Source: Bacteroidales bacterium (GTDB lineage: Bacteria > Bacteroidota > Bacteroidia > Bacteroidales > JAFGUD01). Taken from it: a DNA stretch of 57,019 bases. Numbering within the stretch: the stretch's first letter is position 1; each line of letters begins with the position of its first letter. Position numbers and translations under genes: made by a program. Where the stretch lies: contig JAFGXO010000011.1 of NCBI GenBank assembly GCA_016936595.1, positions 1 to 57,019 of the forward strand, in the 5' to 3' direction. Of the stretch, positions 47,711 to 57,019 are shown one piece after another. The notes beneath the pieces were generated by a model, which saw only the letters and a program-made list of their open reading frames with translations, had not been told where the DNA came from and made no database searches.

Positions 47711-49777
47711 TTAGTCTTTTTTAGTGTTAGTGTTTTTTTCAATTTTTTGCAAATAGTTGTAAACAGCAATTTGAGCTCTAATTTTTTCTTTTCCTTGAGT
47801 ATTATTTTTATTTGAAAGATTGTTGTCTAAAATTCTGGCAGCAACATTGTCTTTTTTATGAATATCAAATATATCTAAGATGATTTTTTGAATATTAGGA
47901 TCAAAAATTGGGAATGTAGCTTCAACTCTGCGGTCAATATTTCTAACCATAAGGTCTGCTGAACTTAGAAAAATTTTTGGTTTTTGGGCGTTTCCAAAAA
48001 TAAGCATTCTTGTGTGTTCTAAAAAACGATCAATTATTCCGTAAGCTTCAATTTTATCTGTTTTATCTTTAATGCCGGTAATTAACGAAAACATTCCTCG
48101 TATTAATAAAATTACTTCTACGCCATTTTGAGATGCTTCGCTCAACAAATCGATTATTTCGCGGTCGTCAAAATTATTAATTTTAATATGAATATATGCT
48201 TTTTCTCCGGCTTTTGCATTTTCAATTTCTTGTTTGATAAGTTTTTTAATTTGTGTTCTAAAATTAAATGGTGATACTAAAAGATGATTAAACACAAAAT
48301 GTTTATAATTATTTTTTATAAATTCAAACATTTTTTGCACATCAAGAATTATTTTAGGATTGGCTGTTAAGATTGTAATATCTGTGTAAAGTTTTGCTGT
48401 TGTTTCGTTGTAGTTTCCGGTTCCAACTGCGGCAAAGCGTTCGTAATTGTCTCCAATTTTTTTGGTGATTAAAGTTAGTTTTGAGTGAACTTTTAAACCA
48501 GGTACTCCATGTATTACTTTAACTCCTCCTTCAGTTAATTTTTTGCTCCACGAAATATTTTCTTTTTCGTCAAATCTGGCTTGTAATTCGATAACAGCTG
48601 TAACATATTTTCCGTTTTGAACGGCACTAAGCAGAGCCGAAATAATATCTGAATTTTTGCTCAATCTGTACAATGTAATTTTAATTGAAACAACGTCTTT
48701 ATCAATCGCTGCTTCTTTAATAAAATTAACAAAATAATTAAAAGAATGATACGGGTAATGTAAAAATATATCTTGTTTTTTTACAACATCAAAGTAGCTT
48801 ATTCTTTTTTCAAGTGCTTTAATTTTTATAGGCTCTATTTTTTTATATATTGCTTCTTCTCCTAAAACGTTCGGAAATTTAAGGAAATCTTTGGTGTTAT
48901 GGTATCTTGTTCCGGAAATTAGGGTATCCATATTGCCTATTTTGAACATTTTTACTAAATAATCTAATATGTCTTGTTCAATGTTTCTATCATAAACTAA
49001 TCTTACAGGTAGTCCTTTTTTTCTGCGTTTAAGGCTTTTATCTAATAATTCTAAATACGACGATGAAATATCGTCTTTTATGTCAAGTTCTGCGTCTTTA
49101 GTTAATTTGAACGCATAGGCTTTTATTTTTTCAACATCTAAAAAATAAAATAATTCTTTTAGTCCTAATCTAACAATATCATCTAAATACATTATTCTTG
49201 TAACTTTTTCGTCTTTATGAAGAATAATAAATCTGTCAAATTTATTTGTTGGTAATTGCATTAGTGCAAAAATCGGTTTTTCTTCATTGTTGATAATCAA
49301 TTTGAGGGCAAAATAAATATTGTCGTCAACTAAATCGGGGCTGCGTTTTTTCCCTCTCAAAATTATTGGGAGTAGTGATCCTTTTAATGATTCGCAAAAA
49401 AATGTTTTTGCATATTTATAATCTCTATCTGATAGTTCATTTTCGTCAACTATCTCAATATTATTCTTTTTAAGTTCTTGTTTTATTAGTTGATGTGCTT
49501 CTTCGTAGGATTTATTTTGTTCTCTTACAATTCTGTTTATTTCCTTTAAAGTTTCTACGGGGCTATGTCCTACAATTTTTTTTGCTTTGCTTTTAAGTTT
49601 GGTTAATCGTTTTAATGTGGCTACTCTAACTCTGTAAAATTCGTCCATATTATTTGAATAAATTCCTAAAAATTTTACGCGTTCGTGTAAGGGAACTTCT
49701 TCATTTAAAGCTTGTTGTAAAACTCTTTCGCTAAATGAGAGCCAGCTAATTTCTTTAGGGCGGTAAATTGTTGCCAT
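47711..49777 (-). CDS. ppk1: Polyphosphate kinase 1
   Basis: EISWLSFSERVL, SNNMDEFYRVRVA, LHYPYHSF, ELQARFDE, LKVHSK, GTGNYNE, DRFLEH, SADLMVRNIDRRVE. Confidence 0.97.
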   Translation of the reverse strand: MATIYRPKEISWLSFSERVLQQALNEEVPLHERVKFLGIYSNNMDEFYRVRVATLKRLTKLKSKAKKIVGHSPVETLKEINRIVREQNKSYEEAHQLIKQELKKNNIEIVDENELSDRDYKYAKTFFCESLKGSLLPIILRGKKRSPDLVDDNIYFALKLIINNEEKPIFALMQLPTNKFDRFIILHKDEKVTRIMYLDDIVRLGLKELFYFLDVEKIKAYAFKLTKDAELDIKDDISSSYLELLDKSLKRRKKGLPVRLVYDRNIEQDILDYLVKMFKIGNMDTLISGTRYHNTKDFLKFPNVLGEEAIYKKIEPIKIKALEKRISYFDVVKKQDIFLHYPYHSFNYFVNFIKEAAIDKDVVSIKITLYRLSKNSDIISALLSAVQNGKYVTAVIELQARFDEKENISWSKKLTEGGVKVIHGVPGLKVHSKLTLITKKIGDNYERFAAVGTGNYNETTAKLYTDITILTANPKIILDVQKMFEFIKNNYKHFVFNHLLVSPFNFRTQIKKLIKQEIENAKAGEKAYIHIKINNFDDREIIDLLSEASQNGVEVILLIRGMFSLITGIKDKTDKIEAYGIIDRFLEHTRMLIFGNAQKPKIFLSSADLMVRNIDRRVEATFPIFDPNIQKIILDIFDIHKKDNVAARILDNNLSNKNNTQGKEKIRAQIAVYNYLQKIEKNTNTKKD

Positions 49778-49851
49778 TTTTTAGTGTTTTTTCAAAATTA
49801 TAAAAAAAATATGAAAAATTAAAATGTATTTTTTTGTTTTAAACTTAAATG

Positions 49852-50877
49852 TTATTGTTGCAAAATTTTAGATACCGCATCTACCCATTTGTCATTATCA
49901 TTTAAACTTTTTACCATCACAAATTTTTTGCCACCATTTTTTATAAAAATTTCTTTGTATTCTAAATTAAGTTCTATGTTTGTTTCTAAACAATCTGCAA
50001 CAAATGATGGTGCAATAATCAAAATTTTTTTAATATTGTTCTGTGCATAGTTTTTTATTACTTCATCGGTAAACGGACTCAGCCAACCTTCTGATAATCT
50101 TGATTGAAAAGTTGTTATTGTTTTTGAGGGTGTTATTCCTGTTTTTTGTAATAGTAATCGTGTTGTTTGATAACAAGTTGCTTTATAACAATGAGTTCCA
50201 TGTTCAGGCATTTTTGTTTCGCAAGTACAAGATTGATAATTTATATCTGCATGTGTTTTATTGATTTGACGTATTGGTAAACCATGATACGAAAAAATAA
50301 TCTTGTCAAAATCTTCTGGTTTATATTTTTTTATTTGATCAGAAAACGAATCTATAAAAGCTTCGTGTGAATAATATTGATTGATAAAACGAATTGAAGG
50401 AATTATTTCCCATGTTTTAGTTTGTTTCATTACAAGATCAAAAATTGAACCTGTTGTTGATGATGCATATTGAGGGAAAAGTGGAAAAATTATTAATTCC
50501 TCAAAATTTTGCTGTTTTATTTTAGATAATATTGTTTTAAGTTCAGGTTTTCCGTATCTCATAGCACCAAAAACAACATATTCTGGTTCTAATTTTTTTT
50601 GAAGTTTTTCTGCTAAATTGTTCAGATAAATTAGTAATGGAGAACCTTCGGGTGTCCAAAGTTTTTTGTATATTTTTGTAGATTTGGGTGTTCTAAAAGG
50701 TACAATAATTAAATTTACAAGTAATTTTCTTGCAATCCAGGGTAAGTCTATTACTCGTTTGTCGTTTAAAAAATTAAACAAATATTTTCTAACATGCTTT
50801 TTTGTAGCACTTTCAGGGGTTCCCAGATTTACAACTAATAATATCTTTTTAATATGTTTGTTGCTTGTATCAATCAT
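49852..50877 (-). CDS. hemH: Ferrochelatase
   Basis: LVVNLGTP, FLNDKRVID, GSPL, AMRYGKP, PLFPQYASSTTGS, FSYHGLP, FQSR, WLSPFTD, FVADCLET. Confidence 0.96.
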   Translation of the reverse strand: MIDTSNKHIKKILLVVNLGTPESATKKHVRKYLFNFLNDKRVIDLPWIARKLLVNLIIVPFRTPKSTKIYKKLWTPEGSPLLIYLNNLAEKLQKKLEPEYVVFGAMRYGKPELKTILSKIKQQNFEELIIFPLFPQYASSTTGSIFDLVMKQTKTWEIIPSIRFINQYYSHEAFIDSFSDQIKKYKPEDFDKIIFSYHGLPIRQINKTHADINYQSCTCETKMPEHGTHCYKATCYQTTRLLLQKTGITPSKTITTFQSRLSEGWLSPFTDEVIKNYAQNNIKKILIIAPSFVADCLETNIELNLEYKEIFIKNGGKKFVMVKSLNDNDKWVDAVSKILQQ

Positions 50878-50933
50878 TTATTTGGAGTATTTTTATTATA
50901 CTTATGCAATAAAAATTATCAATGTGGGTTTTA

Positions 50934-52298
50934 TTAAATTATTGAGTTTGCGATGTCAACAGCTTGTTTTACTCGGTCTGCCATACCAATACCATTTCTG
51001 ATATTTCCGGCAAGTAGTAATCCTTCGTGTTGTTTTTCCAACTGGCTTATTAGTTCAAATCTTTTTTTTGATTTTTCATCGTATTGGGGTATAGCATGTT
51101 GATATTTATAAATATTTATAAAATCCGGCTGAATATTATCTAAATTTAAAGTTGAATTTATCTCTTCAATTGCAATTTGTTTTATCTCATTATCTGATTT
51201 TTCAAATAAATCGGGTCTTTTTATTCCTCCCATAAATACCGATAATATTACTCCTTTTTCGGGGGTTCTATTTTTAAAAATTGATGAAGGAAATAGTATT
51301 CCCAGTACATTTCTTTTTTCGACTGTAGGAACTAAACCTCCAAAAGCAGGTAATCCAATTCCTTTCCAGTTTTTATAACCTGCAACGGTTAAAATAACTT
51401 TTGCATATTCTAAATTTGTAATTGGTTCAAGAGTTTTTTTGTCGATAAATGATAGAATTTCCGGCAGTGCATAAGCTCCAACTGTTGTAATAATTTTTTT
51501 TGATATTATGTTAATATTGTGGTCTTTATGTTCAAATATTGTGTTAAATGAATTGTTTGATTTTTCTATTGTAACATTATTACAATTTTTATAGATGTTT
51601 TTTTGTTCGATGTTTTTTTCGAGAGCCGAAATTAAATTTTTAAGTCCTCCTTTTGTCGAAAAAACTTCTTTTGTTGCACGTTTTTCGAGTTGGGTTTTTG
51701 GTAGTTTTGCTTTTTTTATCGAACCTTTAATAAAACTCCCGTAATTTTGTTCAAGATTGTACAATTTTGGCAAAGCAAATTTTGTAACAAGTTTATTTGG
51801 ATCACCTGCATAAATGCCCGAAATAAAAGGGTCAACTGCGTAATCAAGAAAACTTTTTCCCATTCTTCTTTTCACAAGTTCAGCAACAGTTTCATTCGGA
51901 TTTGTGCCTTTTTTTCTGAAAGGTTCGCCTAAAATTTTAAGTTTATCTTTAAAAGAAAAAAGTGGAGTTTTAATTGCCGAAAAAGCACCTGATGGAAGAG
52001 CATTCCATTTTCCTTTTTTTAAAATCCAACGTTGTTTTGAGGCTTTATTGGCTGTTTCAAGTTCGCAATCGTTTTTTAAATCGTCAAAAAGTTGAACTAA
52101 TTCAGGGTTTGATAATACCCCTGTATTCGGACCTGTTTCGTAAATAAATCCGTCATGCTCGTGGGTTTGTATAACGCCGCCAACTATGTCATTTTTTTCA
52201 ATAATTAAAACATTTTTTCCTGCTTTTTTTAAATAAAAGGCTAATGTTAAGCCTGTTAGTCCGGCTCCAATTATTATTATATCTGTTTTTATTGTCAT
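50934..52298 (-). CDS. hemG: FAD-dependent protoporphyrinogen oxidase (HemY-type)
   Basis: IIGAGLTGL dinucleotide motif, ETGPNT, PFISGIYAGDP, AIPQY, GIGMADRV; ATG 52298 lies 4 bp after the hemN stop. Confidence 0.92.
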   Translation of the reverse strand: MTIKTDIIIIGAGLTGLTLAFYLKKAGKNVLIIEKNDIVGGVIQTHEHDGFIYETGPNTGVLSNPELVQLFDDLKNDCELETANKASKQRWILKKGKWNALPSGAFSAIKTPLFSFKDKLKILGEPFRKKGTNPNETVAELVKRRMGKSFLDYAVDPFISGIYAGDPNKLVTKFALPKLYNLEQNYGSFIKGSIKKAKLPKTQLEKRATKEVFSTKGGLKNLISALEKNIEQKNIYKNCNNVTIEKSNNSFNTIFEHKDHNINIISKKIITTVGAYALPEILSFIDKKTLEPITNLEYAKVILTVAGYKNWKGIGLPAFGGLVPTVEKRNVLGILFPSSIFKNRTPEKGVILSVFMGGIKRPDLFEKSDNEIKQIAIEEINSTLNLDNIQPDFINIYKYQHAIPQYDEKSKKRFELISQLEKQHEGLLLAGNIRNGIGMADRVKQAVDIANSII

Positions 52299-52302
52299 TT
52301 TT

Positions 52303-53676
52303 TTATACTGATTTTGAATATTTGTTGTTTTCAAAAGAATAATTAGGGTCAAGCGAAGCAGCAATATTGCGAATAAAAAAAGCTCCTTTTTCTGTGATTT
52401 CTATTTTTTCTTGGCTAAAAGTCAATAGTTCATCATTTTTAAATTCGTTCAACTCTTTAATATTCAGGCTTATATTTTGTTTTATTTCGTCAACGCTTAT
52501 GTTTATTTTATTAGATAATAGATTAAAATCTAATTTTAAATTGCACATAAGTTCGGTAATTGCTTCGCCTGTAATTCTCTGATTTTTAGATAAAAGCATT
52601 CCTTTTTCTATTGGTAAAATATCATTGTTTATTTTTTGTATATAATCGTTTGTTTCTTTTGTGTTTTGAAAATATCCACCCGAAATTTGGCTGATTGCCG
52701 AAACTCCAAAAGCATAAACCTGTCCGGTTGTTTGACGGGAACAATATCCCTGGAAGTTTCTATGTAACATATTGTTTTTCAGTGCAGTATATAGTTCGTC
52801 GTTTTCTAAAACGTAATGATCAAAACCAATAGGCTTGTAACCTTCTTTTTTTAATATTTTGTTTGCGGCAAAAAACATTTCTGTTTTTTCGTCAGCATTT
52901 GGCATGCCTAATTTTTCAAGAATTTGCTGATGTTTTTTTATCCACGGAACGTGAGCATAGGAAAAAGTAACCAATCTGTCGGGTCTTATTTTTGCTGCTT
53001 TTTCTATTGTTTCGCTAAAATTTTCAACATTTTGACCGGGCAAACCGTAAATAAAATCTAAATTTACCGAAATATTATCTTTTCGTATAAAATCAACAAT
53101 TTCGTGTACAGGAATTATAGATGGTTTTCTGTTTACTTTTTTCAAAACTTCGGTGTTAAAATCCTGAATACCAACACTAAATCTGTTAAATCCTGCTTTT
53201 TTTAGTTTGTCAATATATTTAAAATCTAAATACCCCGGGTGTACTTCAATTGCAATTTCCGGTTTATCAATGAACTGAAATTCGTCAAAAAAAAGTTGAT
53301 TTATTTCGGCTAAAATTTCGGCATCAATAGCATTTGGTGTTCCGCCTCCGTAGTGAATTTGCGATACTAATCTTTTTTTGTCAATGTGCTTAATTACACT
53401 TTTAATTTCTTTTTTTAAAGCGTCAATATATGGCTTAACTTTTAAACCTTTTCCTATATTACATGCATTGCAGCCGCAGTAGAAGCATATTTTATGACAA
53501 AAAGGAATATGCACATAAAATGCAATTAATTTTGGATTTTTATAGTTAGAGTTTTGTATGTTCTCAAGGTATTCTTTTTTAGTTATATCATCTGAAAAAT
53601 GATTTGCCGGCGGATAACTTGTATATCGTGGTACCGGTTTATTGTATTTTTTAATTATTTTTTTATCTATTTCCAT
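52303..53676 (-). CDS. hemN: Oxygen-independent coproporphyrinogen III oxidase (radical SAM)
   Basis: KYNKPVPRYTSYPP N-terminus, YVHIPFCHKICFYCGC, GGGTP, DFIYGLPGQ, YAHVPW, LHRNFQGY, which fit true HemN rather than HemW. Confidence 0.93.
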   Translation of the reverse strand: MEIDKKIIKKYNKPVPRYTSYPPANHFSDDITKKEYLENIQNSNYKNPKLIAFYVHIPFCHKICFYCGCNACNIGKGLKVKPYIDALKKEIKSVIKHIDKKRLVSQIHYGGGTPNAIDAEILAEINQLFFDEFQFIDKPEIAIEVHPGYLDFKYIDKLKKAGFNRFSVGIQDFNTEVLKKVNRKPSIIPVHEIVDFIRKDNISVNLDFIYGLPGQNVENFSETIEKAAKIRPDRLVTFSYAHVPWIKKHQQILEKLGMPNADEKTEMFFAANKILKKEGYKPIGFDHYVLENDELYTALKNNMLHRNFQGYCSRQTTGQVYAFGVSAISQISGGYFQNTKETNDYIQKINNDILPIEKGMLLSKNQRITGEAITELMCNLKLDFNLLSNKINISVDEIKQNISLNIKELNEFKNDELLTFSQEKIEITEKGAFFIRNIAASLDPNYSFENNKYSKSV

Positions 53677-54877
53677 TTCTAATTTTTTTATTTAAATAAA
53701 TTGAAAAAATTACTATTACTAAGGTTATTACAACAAGAATAGCCTCGTATTTAAATAGTCCATTATAGCCAATTTTATCTCCAATTTTTCCGCTAAAAAT
53801 TGCAATAATCATACTACTTAAGTGAGTAATAACAATTTGAAGTGTAAAATCGGTTCCTTCTCGGTTATTTCTTACAATTTCCATTGATTTTGTGTAAATT
53901 GCTACTGTTGCAAAACCGTAACTACCCCATAATAAGCCAATTCCAATATAAATTTGAGCTAATGTTGGCGTAGAATTTGTAATATATACAAAATACAAAA
54001 CAGCAGCCAAGCTAATAAACAAAAAGCTTATAAGAGCTTTATTTACTGATATTTTTTTTACGACATAACCTGCTAATAATGAGGAAATTACGGCTATCGC
54101 CGTCCCTACAATACCCGACATAAATCCAATTTGTTTTACATCATAGCCAAGATCAACAAGATAGGGCTTTAACATAGCTAAAACGCCTATTATTCCGGAA
54201 TAGTAGAAGATTAAAACCGGAAGGTGTAATATGGTTTTTTTGTTTGTGAAAAATGTAAAGATGTCGGTAAATTTAACCGATTTAGTGTTGTTTTTTTCTA
54301 ATTTTTTTTCATCTTTATACAAAAAAAGCGGAATAATTGCAATTAAAACAAATGCAGCTAACAAAAACAGTAATACCGACCATCCAAAATAAAAATAAGC
54401 AATTAATAAAACCCCTGTTCCAAGCAATGAACCAACAAAACTTCCGGCACTTTGCATGCTGTTTCCATAAGCTCGTTCGCTTTTTTTAAGATTTAATATT
54501 GCAAAGGCATCGGTGGCAATATCCTGAGTAGCAGATGCGATAAACGCAACAACCATTAAAATAACAATTAATTTAAAATCGGTTTTTAAACTAAATAATC
54601 CGATGCTAATTATTACAAAAGCATAAAATAATTCAGATAATATTATCCAACGTTTTAAATCTTTATTGTTTTGTGAGGTTTTATCAACCATTGGTGCCCA
54701 TAAAAATTTTAGTATCCACGGAAGTTTTACTAATTGAAGCATTCCAATTGCTTCAAGTGAATATTTTTCCTGACGCATAATTACAGGCACTACCGTTGAA
54801 AAAAAACTCATTGGTACTGATTGTGCAATGTATAAGCTAAAAAGAACAGGATATTTTTGCCATAAATTATTTTTCAC
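53663..54877 (-). CDS. MFS permease of the AmpG/RhtX/FptX/YbtX family
   Basis: LYIAQSVP, LPWILKFLWAPMVD, SATQDIATDA, EGTDFTLQ; about 12 TMs; GTG start. Confidence 0.85.
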   Translation of the reverse strand: MKNNLWQKYPVLFSLYIAQSVPMSFFSTVVPVIMRQEKYSLEAIGMLQLVKLPWILKFLWAPMVDKTSQNNKDLKRWIILSELFYAFVIISIGLFSLKTDFKLIVILMVVAFIASATQDIATDAFAILNLKKSERAYGNSMQSAGSFVGSLLGTGVLLIAYFYFGWSVLLFLLAAFVLIAIIPLFLYKDEKKLEKNNTKSVKFTDIFTFFTNKKTILHLPVLIFYYSGIIGVLAMLKPYLVDLGYDVKQIGFMSGIVGTAIAVISSLLAGYVVKKISVNKALISFLFISLAAVLYFVYITNSTPTLAQIYIGIGLLWGSYGFATVAIYTKSMEIVRNNREGTDFTLQIVITHLSSMIIAIFSGKIGDKIGYNGLFKYEAILVVITLVIVIFSIYLNKKIRNGNR

Positions 54878-54880
54878 ATC

Positions 54881-56950
54881 TTAAAATTTTACGGATAAAC
54901 TTGCTCCAAATTGTAGCGGTTTTCCTATTTGCACATATTTATTTCCGAGTGCTTCAAAATAAAATGAATTATATGTTTGATTTAAAAGATTTTTACCCCA
55001 CAAATCAAATTGAAAAATATTTTTTATAAAAGATATTTTTGCATCAACAAGATTATAATATTTTTGATAGCTTGTATTTTCTTCGTTCCAATACAAGTCT
55101 CCAATTCCTTTATAAACCAAACTAAAATTTATTTTATTGATAAATAAATTATTTAACACAATAGTTTTATTTAATTGTATCGAAACTGTATTTTGGGGAA
55201 CGTAAGGAATAAAATTACCATTGTAATTAGTTAAACTATCAACAACGTTAGAAATAAATGTTGCATGTGTATATCCATAATTAACAGCAACTTGCAAGTT
55301 TCTTTTGGGTATAAATTGAATCGAAAATTCGCTTCCTTTGCTAACCGAATGGCCGGCATTTTTGAGCATTGAGCCTTGTCCGCTTGGAACAGTTTGGTAA
55401 ATTTGCTGATTTCTCCAATCAATGTAAAACAGAGCAATATCAACATAAAGTTTTTGGTTTATCAACGACGATTTTACACCTGCTTCATAGTTCCAACTGT
55501 ATTCCGGGTCAAAAGTTAAATCTTCGGGGCGTTCAAATGTAGAGTTAAAACCACCTGTTTTGTATCCTTTTGCAATAGTTGCATAAACAGAAGTATTTGT
55601 AAATGAATAGCTTATTGAAAATTTTGGCAAAACTTGCAAATAGTCTAAAGCAGGGTAAAGTGTATCAGCTTTGTTTATAATGTTACCAGCGGCCATTTCA
55701 ATATCATACTCGTAGTCTAATAAATTTTGTTCATAATCAAATCTAATACCGGCAGTTAAAACAATATTTCCAATTTTAAAAGTTGATTGATGAAAAGCCG
55801 CAACACCATAAATAGATGATAGATAATTTTTATATAGAGTCATATTAGAAGGGAAAACAGTAACATCAACTGATTTGTCAAACATCTGTGCAAAGCTATA
55901 AGCTCCTAATATCCAATTATATGCTTTTTTGCTTTTTGATCGAGTAATAATTTCCTGCGAAATCATGTTCTGTTTTTGAGTTTGTTTAACTAAATATAAT
56001 GAAGCATCTGTAAAATCTTGGTCAATATTTTGTTCGTCGCCTATAAATTGATAAGACGAAGTAGAAACAATTTCAAAATTATTTGAAGAATATTTTAAAA
56101 TAAAAGCATCAGAAAATAAATTACGATTGTATCCGCTATACTCATTATAGCTAATATCGTTTGCTGTTTGAGTAGAGTCATTAAAAACTGCGTATGGATA
56201 CCCTCCTTGATCACTTTTTTCAAAACTTGCAATGTTTTCAACCGAAAATTTGTCGGATATTTTCCAAATAAGTCTGTTTCGAACCCCAAATGAAGATAAA
56301 ACATCAATTTTTGTGTTGTTAAAATTATTTGTAAAAAAACCGTCGTTATGTTTGTAGTTTAGGGCTAAAGAATACCCAATTTTATTGGAAATAAGTCCGT
56401 AATTAGCAATATTTGCATTATAGCTTCCATAACTGCCGGCAGATAAATTTATATTAGTTCCTTGAAAATATAAAGGCGAAATAGTAACAATGTTTATTAT
56501 ACCACCCATAGTGTTTCGTCCGAATAAAGTTCCTTGAGGACCTCTAAGTACTTCTATTTGTTTTATTTCGAAAAAATCGAAAGCAAATGCAGCTTTTTCA
56601 AAGTAGGGAACATTGTCAACATACAAGCCAACAGAGGGGGAATTAATACGCGAGCCTATACCTCGGATATATACCGGAGAAGTAAGCTTAGAGCCATAAT
56701 CCGGCATAAAAAAATTTGGTGCAGTTGAAGAAATATCACTTAAAGTTGTAATTTGATTTTGCTGAATATTTTTAGTTGTAAGTATAGAAACCGAAGCCGG
56801 TAATTCCTTGTATTTTAATTGATTTTTTGAAGACTGAATAACAATTTCATCAAATTTAATTTCAGAAATTGTATCTTGTTTTTGAGCAATCAAATTTGAA
56901 AAAAGCACAAAAACAAAAAATAAAGCGATTATTATTTTTTTATAATACAT
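54881..56950 (-). CDS. TonB-dependent outer membrane receptor (FyuA-like, no SusC hallmarks)
   Basis: Signal peptide, DEIVIQS TonB box, YIRGIGS, IEVLRGPQGTLFGRNTMGGIIN plug motif, KGYKTGGFN, C-terminal SVKF; ATG 56950 preferred. Confidence 0.92.
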   Translation of the reverse strand: MYYKKIIIALFFVFVLFSNLIAQKQDTISEIKFDEIVIQSSKNQLKYKELPASVSILTTKNIQQNQITTLSDISSTAPNFFMPDYGSKLTSPVYIRGIGSRINSPSVGLYVDNVPYFEKAAFAFDFFEIKQIEVLRGPQGTLFGRNTMGGIINIVTISPLYFQGTNINLSAGSYGSYNANIANYGLISNKIGYSLALNYKHNDGFFTNNFNNTKIDVLSSFGVRNRLIWKISDKFSVENIASFEKSDQGGYPYAVFNDSTQTANDISYNEYSGYNRNLFSDAFILKYSSNNFEIVSTSSYQFIGDEQNIDQDFTDASLYLVKQTQKQNMISQEIITRSKSKKAYNWILGAYSFAQMFDKSVDVTVFPSNMTLYKNYLSSIYGVAAFHQSTFKIGNIVLTAGIRFDYEQNLLDYEYDIEMAAGNIINKADTLYPALDYLQVLPKFSISYSFTNTSVYATIAKGYKTGGFNSTFERPEDLTFDPEYSWNYEAGVKSSLINQKLYVDIALFYIDWRNQQIYQTVPSGQGSMLKNAGHSVSKGSEFSIQFIPKRNLQVAVNYGYTHATFISNVVDSLTNYNGNFIPYVPQNTVSIQLNKTIVLNNLFINKINFSLVYKGIGDLYWNEENTSYQKYYNLVDAKISFIKNIFQFDLWGKNLLNQTYNSFYFEALGNKYVQIGKPLQFGASLSVKF

Positions 56951-57019
56951 TAGTTTTTTTTTAGAAGTTTGAAAAAAATAATTGTTCAAAATTTCTATCG
57001 GTAAAATTGAACTTTGAAA

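Noticed and set aside
56984-57019. Imperfect inverted repeat upstream of the TBDR as a Fur or other operator
   Set aside because: Weak match, no clear Fur box, and truncated by the window edge

Overview
AT-rich chromosomal segment from a Bacteroidota (probably Bacteroidales) genome, judged from T9SS C-terminal domains, TAnnTTTG -7 promoter boxes and the lack of Shine-Dalgarno sites. Housekeeping genes (trxB, rluD-like, capD-like, valS, fabG, folP, ffh, ppk1) alternate with accessory modules. (1) At the left end, an Rpn-family nuclease gene is bracketed by a GTTRRRY core site and an attC-like hairpin, and appears to have integrated into a now truncated and frameshifted sulfotransferase-like gene. 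(2) A chromosomal class D beta-lactamase. (3) An orphan SH3-SH3-DUF3380 muramidase with no signal peptide. (4) A tightly coupled operon of gamma-glutamylcyclotransferase, YcsG-like NRAMP-fold transporter, Npt/TLC-HEAT-cNMP protein and folP, preceded by a 760-bp intergenic region holding a candidate sRNA and a perfect 16-bp palindrome. (5) A TPR-AraC membrane sensor followed by three T9SS cargo genes, including a 3561-aa six-repeat adhesin; two of these share a 22-bp operator-like motif at identical spacing from their -7 boxes. (6) A TonB receptor-MFS-hemN-hemG(Y)-hemH operon suggesting import and completion of a late porphyrin precursor. No rRNA, tRNA, CRISPR array or IS element was recognised. 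All family calls come from motif recognition by eye, not from database searches.
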